A DNA stretch of 64,000 bases, from NCBI GenBank assembly GCA_903813345.2, contig CAIIXF020000001.1, forward strand, positions 46,438,001 to 46,502,000, written 5' to 3'. Below the pieces are notes generated by a model. The model was not told the origin of the DNA. It made no database searches and was given only the letters and a program-made list of their open reading frames with translations. Below are positions 53,913 to 64,000 of the stretch, one piece after another. A program made the position numbers and the translations under genes. Source of the stretch: Owenia fusiformis. Its lineage: Eukaryota. Position 1 is the stretch's first letter. Each line of letters begins with the position of its first letter.

Positions 53913-54543
53913 CAGGGTGTCAAATAAGTCTGTTCTCCCCCCTTAACTTTTTTATCTTTAATTTATCATACTTTCCCATATATCATTTTGATGCTCATGG
54001 AAAATGCTGATCACCCTCAAAAAATCAATAATGAAATATTCTTAATGAAATTCCTACAATGTTTCTTGTAAGGTTGTAGTTGACCTTTGATTATGTCAAA
54101 ACAAGTAAAATTACCAGGTATAGTGAATGAAAAGTGAAAAGTTGATACTGCAGTGACAATGCCAACATTGAGTGATTCCGATGTTTCTCAATATCATTAC
54201 AGAGAAAAATGTGTTACATTCAGGGGAGCCTTTTAAGCAGGGGCATCTTTCATCACAAAATAGTTGATAACACCTAAATTAAACGTCCTGAATGATTTAT
54301 ACAGGATCATATCCTCGTAGAATTGAGGCCATCCGGGCTGCTGGGGGAGACATACAGACTATTAAAAAAGTGAAATATGGACATCACTAAAAATATTCTA
54401 AAAAATTTGGAATTTAACCAATCACTCTGAAATTTGGTGTGTGATCAGCAAATTAAATTCCCTTTAAGATGATATATACCAACCCTATGTTATCTCTGAA
54501 TTTAGAAAATTAAGGGGGGAGAACAGACTTATTTGACGCCCTG
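53913..54543. mobile_element. Tc1/mariner-like MITE
   Basis: TA flanks and TIRs cagggtgtcaaataagtctgttctcccccctt; a partial copy lies at about 2233. Confidence 0.8.
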
Positions 54544-56889
54544 TATATTGAAATATAATACGCATATTTCTTCTTTCAAGTTTAATTCCAAGAGGGCTAG
54601 AGGTCAACAGTGTACTGCAAAAGTTGAATATTGTTATCCTGAGGATAACAGAGTAACATTTGACATACAGTTTAAGTAAATAAAATATATAATCAGGAAT
54701 TGTAAGCTGTCATTAAGTAAGCTTCCATTGTGTTTGTATTGACATTTATGATCTATTGATAAACAAGATGTCAATTTTAATGAGTAAGGTCAAATCAAGT
54801 CAAACTGATGAAGAACTGTGGCTATCAAAACATGTGGTACCAAGTTTCTTCAAGTAAATCTGACCATGACTTTTTGAGATCTTTTTTTGAGATTCAATTC
54901 AAAAGTATTTCAATTTTTTCTTTACATTTCAACAGGTATTGTCTAAGATCTTAACACATCTATTAATGTATAGTAGTTAAGATAATATTATAAACATGTT
55001 CTCACAAAGGCTTTCGAAGAGGTTTGAAAAGAAGCTCCCGAAATCACTCAAAAAATCTCTAGAAATATCTAACTGAATATAATAAAAGGGTGATACAGTT
55101 CATGGTAATAATCATATTTTTTTAAATTAAGATGATTCAATTAAAAAAATAAGACATCATTTTGTGAAGTTTAATTCTGATAAATCTTGAGATATGGAGG
55201 TATACTCTCCCAGAGATAATTTCAACTTCTTTGGGACGGATAAGGGTAAATAAGCCCATTTTAAGCCCCATCCATTTTCATTACTTATCTCTTCAATGAT
55301 CTCCCCAGCATTAATGCAAGTGGGCACAGCACCCACTGAAGTTTTAGAAAAAGGCTTGCACCCACCTGAAATTCATTTGCATCCGTACTTGAAAATGAGA
55401 AAATGTGTTAATCATCAGCATTCAACCTCAGTATTGTTGTTCTAGTAGTGAATCACTGACAATTTCTACCAAATAACTACTAAAATGTTGGGCTAAGTTG
55501 TGCAAATCACTACCTGTCCTTCCCTAAACTAAAATGACAACATATCTTCCCTTTGTATATCCATACAAACTGCAAAAGCTTATTTTGAAAATTAATTGCA
55601 TCGCTTCTTGTTTGTGTAAAGGAAAATCCGAAACTTCTGAATGGCTTTTCATAGATTCTAGCTACATTCTACTGGCAATCATTTAAATTATTGATTTATC
55701 TTCTCTGGTATCAGTGGAAATTATAATGTAATTAATCGAAATTTGCGTCCACATCATGTAAAATAGGAATATATTTTTCCATATATTATTGCACACTGAT
55801 CTTTTAATTTCTTATTTTTAAGATTTACTGACAAAATAACACAATGAAATGGGCTGTAACTACTAGACAAATGCCATACAAGTGAGAGGTAACATATTTT
55901 TCACGAACATTCTCATACCAGAGTGGAAAAATCTGACCATTGCCCAGGGCTTGCATTAACGGTGTCCCGTACATGTTAAGGACTCAAAAATAATTTGGAG
56001 GACGCAAATTTTTTTTAGGTTAATACTACAATGTGTTTACAACGATACCTAACAAAAACAAATAATTATGATCTCTCACCTTTATTTGAATCATAAATAA
56101 GGCTCAACATGTTGAATATTTACAAATAATCATGATTCTCTCAAACTTTTTCGACTTTGTTTATTTTTAGATTTGAAACCATGACACGCCACAGCTTTTC
56201 CTATTCAGAAACAAATATTAGGTTATTCATGAAAGAAAATGTATTCATTGTCGAATGAACGAACATGCATTTATTCAGTCCGTACTTAACGTTTACTTCC
56301 GTTTTAAATTTGCGGCAAGAAATCAAAAACTGAAAAATAAGGGACACACTTTTTAAAAAAAAATTGCATCCTTGGGACTCACAAATTTTCTAACCTAATG
56401 CAAGCGCTGATTGCCACATATCAAAAGTCATAATTTGGCGTTCATTCTCATACCAGAACCTAAAATGTGGGTCCATTGACATTGCATGTGATTCCCCACA
56501 TGAGCCAAGGATCCCTAGTATATTATAGTCTGAATATAGATTATTCAGACTAAATAGAATAGATCTATAGAGTCTAGTATACGAGGATCCCCATCAGCAT
56601 ATGCCCATCAAGGTTTATATACAGTGAACCTCCCCCGGGACACCTAATCTCTTAGGGAACTCGACTCGATCTTTTTTAGACATTGGATTTTGAAATAATT
56701 TGTTTTCATGTTATTTGTTAGCCTTTTCCTGAAATTTCATTCTGCTGGACTGGCTATGGTATCAATTTAGTAGGATATATTCATTAATTCGAAAAACATA
56801 TAGTGCCAAAATGAGCTGTTTTACTTCATGTATCAATTAAACAGTCAAAGCTATAAGCTGAATCAATCATATGCAAGCAATATTTAAAA

Positions 56890-57103
56890 ACGTACCTGGT
56901 TTTAGTTCAAAGTCTAACCTGGACCACCATCTTGAATCGTGACGTCATTGTGCGCAAAATTGCATGCGCATTAATAGTTTGTCTTTTATTTTTGCTGAGT
57001 TCATTTTTTCGTTCTTTCTGTTGTATTTAAAAAACTGAAGAAGAAGTATTGTATTCTGGACATTCCTAAAGCAATTCAACCTTCTATATAATATAGGTAA
57101 GTC
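56890..57103. promoter_or_regulatory. Candidate bidirectional promoter for the DUF1647 gene and CNTD1
   Basis: CRE palindrome TGACGTCA (56940-56947), an NRF1-like TGCATGCGCA and a YY1-like ccatcttg. It is flanked by a minus-strand donor (about 56895) and a plus-strand donor ag|gtaagt (57097). Confidence 0.5.
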
Positions 57104-57449
57104 AGGGGCGTAACCAGCTAGTCATTGTCAAAGTGGAGGGTGCGTTTTACAGACGGGCAGGCGACCCAGGCAGGCGCTTTTATTTTTTTCATAGGGGTGG
57201 TAGGATCAAAAACACATTCCAAAATTATTTTATTGCATGATTATCTTTGAGATTCTGTCGTCGTGTAACTATATTGCTAACCACAATTGGAAAAAGTTCC
57301 TTACCGAATTAAAAGTAACCAAATTGTCGTTGAAAATAAGAAATCGTGTTTACTGAAGCAAGGTTGGGATGTGTAATTGGAAGGAATCAGGCCAATCTGC
57401 ATGCGCGAGGTTCGTTTTTTCTTGCTCTTCACAAGATAGCACCCATTTG

Positions 57450-57785
57450 TTATCCCATCGAACAAAGTTCGGAGTGATATAGGGAACGCCTCCGTCCTTC
57501 CGGATGTCCGTACGTCCGTCTGTCCGGGCAATAACTCAAATACTGTTTTGTTTATATTTCATACACATGTGCACTATGCGGGTAGAAGTTCTGCTCGAAA
57601 GCCAATTTTCAAAATGGCCGCTCGTTTCAAAATGGCGGCCATTTTAGTGCCGATTTTACAATTATTTAGGTACAGTATATAGAACTGTAATTGCATTGTG
57701 TTTTAAATGTAAAAAAGTTTTATAGGACGTTAATAAAGCTAGACATGTAGATTTAAGAAACACATGGCAGCCATCTTGAAAAATG
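57450..57785 (+). mobile_element. Truncated HINE-like element
   Basis: ttatcccatcgaac...gttcg start, a (ccgt)n microsatellite, and a body matching the reverse complement of 19620-19825. Confidence 0.65.
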
Positions 57786-57993
57786 ACAACATAATCTCAA
57801 AGATAGCCAATAAATTAATTTTGGAATGTCTTTTTGATCCTACCACCCCTATGAAACAAATAAAAGCCTGGGTCACCTGCCCACCTGTAAAATACAGGTA
57901 ACCTTCAGATCAAGATTCAGGGCCGGATCTGGGAACCAACAAGTGGGGGGCCAAATTTTGGTCTGATAAAAAAAAATTGGGCCCCTAAAACCA

Positions 57994-59021
57994 AAAGGAG
58001 TGGTATCGATATGGAGAACTGAATTCAACAATATTTTTCTCTTATCATTGAAAACATTCTGAAAAAAACACGGTATTTCATGTAATGTTGACTGATTGAT
58101 TGACAACAATTTAATGCGAAAATAATTTATAAATATTTTATATAACTGTTTTTGCTAACATTAACATTAACATTTTTGTTAACATTAACATTTAATGGGC
58201 CCCTGTTGTATCAGGTATCCCTCAAGGGACATGCCTTAGGCCATCCCTTTTTTCTATCTTCATAATTCATAATCTTCCCTACAATCTGTAATAGACACCA
58301 CAGATATAAATCAATTCAAGAATGGAATTGATAAGCACCTGATGAGACAGAAATATCTTCACCACAACTAACCCATGTCCAGTGAGCAATTAAACAATGC
58401 CCCCCCCCCCCCCCCCCCCTTAACATGACATGAAAATAATACATAAAAAGATCTGTATTATACAGGACTATCCTTCTTCCAGAATTATAGATATATATTT
58501 TTAGTTTCTACCAATTCTTGAGAATGAAATATAATGTCTTTCCGAACCTTGTTGGGACAAAATAGCATATAAAACATGTTTTTAGACCTCTCAATATTAA
58601 AGTTATACAAAGGAATTTTTGGTTGATTTTAAAAAAGTAGATCTATTCAAAAAATTAAAACAATAGATAAAAATCAAGATAAACCTTTTATTTCATTAAC
58701 AAGATACTTTTTTTAAATCAATCCATTGTACAATTACAATATTGAGAGACCTAAACATGTTGTGTTTATGTCATTTTGTTTCAATGAGGTTCGGAAAGAT
58801 GTTTCATTTCACTCTGGAAACATGATACTAAGAACAAAACAAGTGTTTGATGTGTTTTCTAAAACAATATAGATGAAAGTTTATATATTTTTCAAATTAT
58901 ATTGTTACCATTCAAAAGACGACCATTAAATTGACGATGTGTAAAATTTTTAGATTTTTTTTATGACTGGTTTAAGAGAACCATGTGTTCAAAAATTTCT
59001 CCATATCGATACCACTCCTTT
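57994..59021. mobile_element. TIR-bounded element containing a LINE remnant and a foldback
   Basis: Same TIRs as 26179-26351; an internal inverted repeat spans about 58537-58800. Confidence 0.55.
58196..58345 (+). pseudogene. Non-LTR retrotransposon (CR1/L2-like) reverse transcriptase remnant
   Basis: Translates WAPVVSGIPQGTCLRPSLFSIFI (compare the SGVPQGSVLGPLLF motif), followed by INQFKNGIDKH, which resembles an ORF2 C-terminus. Confidence 0.65.
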
Positions 59022-59234
59022 GAAAATTTAAGGCACATTTTCTTTAAATTTTGGCCTAAAATTAAAAAATAAGGCCTTAAAAGGTCCAGTAACGGCCAAA
59101 ATGGTGCACATTTTGGAGACATAAGGCCTTTTTTGGCCCAAAGTTTTTTAGGGCCCAATTTTTTTTCTGGGCCCACTTTTACTGTATTTAATATTATCTT
59201 TCTTGGTTTTAGCTAGCTAGACATAATACCTACC

Positions 59235-62200
59235 ATGGGGACAAGACGAGGTGAGCTGAGAATTTTTGGAACTCCCAAAGAACCATTGTTCAACATGAGA
59301 CCACAAGGGATGTCAACAGAACTCCTACAAGATTGGCTTAGTATATTAGCAACTGAGAATGCAGAACATATGAAACAGTGTAGTCAGAGGAAGGTAAAGA
59401 ATTGAATTATTATGTGTATTTAAATTAATTCCAAATTCAGCAATCATCCTTTGCAAGAGTGATCAATTTTGTCTCACACTCTTCACTTTATATTACGAAT
59501 CTCAGAAGTCGCAGAAAATAAAAGGCATTTTCCATTCTCAGAACACTAAATGTCTTGCACAATCTCTCAGTTGATCATGGCATTCTAGCCTGGTTGTGTT
59601 ATGAAATTTTACATGTAGAATTAAAATATCACTGGTCGGATCCGGAAGCTAACATCAACAAGCAAGGGGGCTGTCATTTCAAGTCAGGAAAAATATTTCC
59701 GTGGTGGACGCAAAAACTGGACCCACATTTTGAAAATTTAAGGCCAATTTTTTGTAAATTGGCCTGATAAAGGCCAAGTTATCCCTCAAAAAGCCTTTTT
59801 TTTGAAGCCCTGCAAAATTTTCTGGGCCCATCCCCTGAGCCACCTGGATCCGCCAGTGAATATGATATGAATTTTGATTTTTTTATGATGCCAATCAAGA
59901 TTATTCCTTTTTGCATCAAGTCTATTTTGCTACTAAGTGGCCATTTTGAAAAATGATTGCCATTGTTGCTCAATGCGATTTGCTACACCTTGGCTTTGTT
60001 GTTATGTAGTTATTTTTATGTTTTTCTAGTTGATTGTGAACATAATGCAATGCAATTTCAGAGCCTCTTCAAATGTGGACTGGTTACTGAAAGTGTGCTT
60101 CTGATGGCAGAGAGACTTAAACAACCAATACATTCAAGATTCCTTTCTGCTGAGCTCTTTGATAGGTTTGTTTATTTGTTTGCTTGTTTGTTTGTTTGTT
60201 TTCCATGGTAGGGAGGGTATTTGAGGGAGCAATATTAAGCAAACTTCTGTTGTCTTTTAATTAATTCTTTATTTGATTCTTTTTTTTGTACCAAGGAGGC
60301 CATTTTTAAGGTTTGACAATTGATTTGATTTTCAATATAAAATTATTAAAAAATTTAGTCAAAGCGATTTCAACTTGTGATTTATAATATAGAGAAACTG
60401 TTAGTTTGTCCCTCTGTCCTCGTTAGTGTTTCCAGTTGATGACAAATACTCAATCCATGGAGCTTCCATTGTGGGATCCACAGCCTTTACTATCCTTTTG
60501 GAATAGTTCAGACTGTGGGATACTGACTGTAATAAATGTTTCCTTTAACCCTGAAATGTACGGACCAATCAAATTATTTACAGAGTTCTATTGACCATGA
60601 GTATCATGGGAAGGCATTACCTGCAGTTGCATGATTACATAATCAGACAAAGCCTAATGAGTGTGACCAAACACAATTCCCTCCCAAATAATCCAAGTGT
60701 TGACATTTGCATGATAATTCTTGTTTAAAATTCTAAATTTGAAAATAATAAGAAAAAAGAAGTATGTCAACATTATCATAGTTATTAATTTTCAATATAA
60801 AAACAAGAACCATCAAGATAAATAAAAGTTTTCCACATAATGAATTCATTGAATTAAAGTTTACAAAGGGGAAAACAAAACGGTGCATTCTTAGGCACTA
60901 ATTTATTCCTCCATATACACTGATTTACTTGGAGAATGCACTGGCTAGGAACATGTTCTGCCTCACGATATATCAGAGTCTCTCAAAAGCGTTAGGTAAA
61001 GAGGGACTCTGATAAATCAGAATGTGGAGCTTCTGCTTCTCTGTGTCTAGTTTCACAATTCAGCTTTTTTTATCATTAGTTAATTATATGAACTTAATTT
61101 TCATCAGTGTTGTACATGGATCTATTTTTACATTGACCTTTATTGTACAGGTTTATGAGTAAACACATAGAAGACCTTTGGGATTATGTTGTGAATATGG
61201 AGAGTGAGAAAAGAGAAAAGGAATGGCAAGCCATACAAGAACGGATCAGGAATCAGATGACTCTCAGAATGGTGTCATGTATACAACTGTGCAGTAAACT
61301 CACATCACATGCCAAGGTACGGCTGTTTTTAAAATTGGTGTCATGTATACAACTGTGCAGTAAACTCACATCACTTGCCAAGGTAGGGCTGTTTTTAAAA
61401 TTGGTGTCATGTATACAACTGTGCAGTAAACTCACATCACTTGCCAAGGTAGGGCTGTTTTTAAAATTGGTGTCATGTATACAAATGTGTAGTAAACTCA
61501 TATCACATGCCAAGGTACGGCTGATTTTAAAATTGGTGTCATGTATACAACTGTGCAGTAAACTCACATCACTTGCCAAGGTAGGGCTGTTTTTTAAAAT
61601 TGGTGTCATGTATACAACTGTGCAGTAAACTCATATCACATGCCAAGGTACGGCTGATTTTAAAATTGGTATCATGTATACAACTGTGCAGTAAACTCAC
61701 ATCACATGCCAAGGTATGGCTGTTTCTAAGAAATGGTGTCATTTTTAGAGTAAATTCAAATCACATGCTAAGTAGGGTCTCCAAGATTTTGTGCAACACA
61801 ATTATTCTAGATATCTCCAATGGACCATACTAGTACTGCAAATACTACATCTTGGTAGACTATATGTTATTCCATTTGGTTTCAGTTTTTTGGACCACCC
61901 TGTAATTTTGAATGTTATTTTTAGGTTATAACCTGTACCAAAGCTAGACTAGTCTTACAAAACATTGGCCACAAGTTCAGCGCAGAAAGTATCCTTCAAT
62001 CAGAGCTGCGAGTTCTAAAGACATTAGAATACAGGGTGATGGTACCCTCTCCCTTGCTTTTTGTGGAAACTCTACTGGAAATATTAGGTAAGCTACATGT
62101 CCTTCTATTTTTTTTATTATGTCCCTACCACAAGTGGTGATGTATTGTATCTCCAACTATTTTGTGGACGATGTTCAGCAATCATTGGTAGGTGTTTGGT

Positions 62201-63829
62201 GATCAGCATCTGTAACAAATGGCAGGTTATGATATTTTACCTTGTAATTTTTATTTCAATTTTAGTTTGTGTATTGTTTTTGTTTTATTGGATAGGTGAC
62301 CAGTTGTTCATTGAAATAAAATTGAGATTTTGTTTCGAAGGTCTTTCATATTTTTACCTGCAGTACCAACTACCCACCATTCCGGCCACCCTTGTGAGTA
62401 AAGCAAATACCATTTAGTTAACAAAACAGTTCCTGAACTATCTGCCTGCTAAGCGAAAGTTATTATTGTGTAGAATTTAGTAAGAAACATATAAGACAAT
62501 GCCCTGTATTGCTATTTCCAGGACACAGTGACCAAGATGTTGAAGTGAAGGTATACCATGATGTCTGTACTAAGGTGTTAGATTTGGTCTATATGAACAG
62601 GCAGATGTTTTATGATAAGCTATACTTTGTAGCTACAGGACAACCACTGGACGACCCAGCTAAAAGGTAGACCAAATTCCATATTTTGAATATATATTTC
62701 AAAAATCGATTATTTTATCAAATGGGGTTTATTTATTGTAAAGATTTTATATTCTGGTTTATTTTGTTTGTTTTCTGATTTATAATTTTTATTCAAATAT
62801 ATAAATGTATAAAAAGTTCCCCAAGGTCTTTATCATTGTTATAAAGCCCTGAATATAAATCATGGTACCCCAAGCCATTCAGCCTGTGATATCCATTAGT
62901 TCATGTAGTTGCATTAAATGTGAAGTCACATTCTGTGTTAGCTAATCAGTCCATGTATTTGTTATGTCACCACCAAAAAGTGTTGACATATTGTTATGGT
63001 TTCCATTTTTGTGGTGTTGCGATCGGTGGTTGGTGGTTGGCGATTGGCAGTTGGCATCTGTAACAAATTCTTAAAACTTCCAATAACTTAACAAACATTA
63101 TTTAGACTGAATTTCATTTTTTTCAAAGTTTTGCTCACCTTCATTGGTGGTAAACAAAATACAACAACAAAGTCATCTAAAAGTTATCAGAAGTGCAAAT
63201 TCGACTTTAGATTTATGATTTGACCTTCTTAAGGTCAATTTTTCAACTTGCTTCAAATTGACCAATTTTTTTCAAAATCATCTACAAGTTCTCAAAAGTT
63301 AAAATCTGGCTATAGCTTTGACCTTCAATGACATTCTCAAGGTAAAAAAATATTTGACCTTCAATGACCTTCTCAAGGTCAATAAGGTCTTTTTGCTTCA
63401 AATTGACCAATTTTTTCAAAATCATCTTCAAAATTCTCAGAAATTCAAATCTGACTTACGGTTGAACTGATAATATTGTGAGCAACTTGGTGATGACATT
63501 TTGTCATATATTAATGCCTTGTTAAATTCTGGTTTTAAAAAGTCCACAGAAGAACATTTTAAGCCTATAGATTTTTCATCACTCTCCAATATTAATTCAG
63601 TGAAAGATGATCCATTGATAATTGAAATTTATATTTTTACTATACTGTCTGATATAATTCACATGAAAGATCAAGCCTGAAGGTCCTTGTAAGACACTGA
63701 CTGTTGATTAATGAAGTTACTCAATATTTCAGAAAGAGATTCGCCTCAGTTGAAGGGGACATGATGCTATTGGGCACATCTGCCATTGCTGCAGCAACAT
63801 ATATTGTGGACCAATCAAACACTGACAAG
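59235..63829 (+). CDS. CNTD1: Cyclin N-terminal domain-containing protein 1 (meiotic crossover factor), exons 59235-59393, 60062-60165, 61151-61316, 61925-62087, 62522-62666, 63733-63829; continues beyond the right edge
   Basis: In-frame splicing; motifs AELFDRFM, LRMVSCIQLCSKL, SELRVLKTLEY..PSPL.FVETLLEILG and DMMLL..AIAAA. Confidence 0.85.
61270..61735 (+). repeat. 66-bp tandem repeat (7 copies plus a degenerate tail) spanning a CNTD1 exon end and splice donor
   Basis: Unit tggtgtcatgtatacaactgtgcagtaaactcacatcacatgccaag|gtacggctgtttttaaaat, with starts at 61270, 61336, 61402, 61468, 61534, 61601 and 61667. Confidence 0.95.
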
Positions 63830-64000
63830 GTATTCATCAACTGTAACGAGCTTTTTTTAACTATTTGTACAGGTCCTCACCAGGCCTGTCAACTGTCCCG
63901 CAATTTGCGTATTTGTCACGCATTTGCTGAAGAATTTGAAGTCACGCCAATTATTTTTGCGTGACAAAAAATGTCACGCAAATACGCATTTTACCTGCTA

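Noticed and set aside
61253..61833. Separate repeat-protein ORFs (118 aa on -, 77 aa on +)
   Set aside because: By-products of the stop-free 66-bp repeat.

Overview
This is AT-rich animal genomic DNA with spliceosomal GT-AG introns; the repeat families suggest a marine invertebrate such as a mollusc (inference). It is not prokaryotic. Spliced genes reconstructed by hand, in order: a patatin-like phospholipase (-, runs off the left edge), an SLC25 mitochondrial carrier (-), a class A GPCR (+), POLE4 (+), an 11-exon RmlC-RmlD rhamnose-biosynthesis fusion gene (-), a DUF1647-type membrane protein (-) and CNTD1 (+, runs off the right edge). Three observations stand out. (1) An intronless 102-aa orphan ORF has CCAAT/TATA boxes and a perfect replication-dependent histone 3' stem-loop plus a purine-rich downstream element, but no recognisable histone fold. 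(2) The RmlC/RmlD fusion is intron-rich, has intact catalytic motifs, and sits next to a putative glycosyltransferase-like gene. (3) A 66-bp tandem repeat in CNTD1 multiplies an exon end and its splice donor seven times. The rest is many MITEs and HINE-like elements, some nested, plus minisatellites. Coordinates were read by eye and may be off by a few bases.
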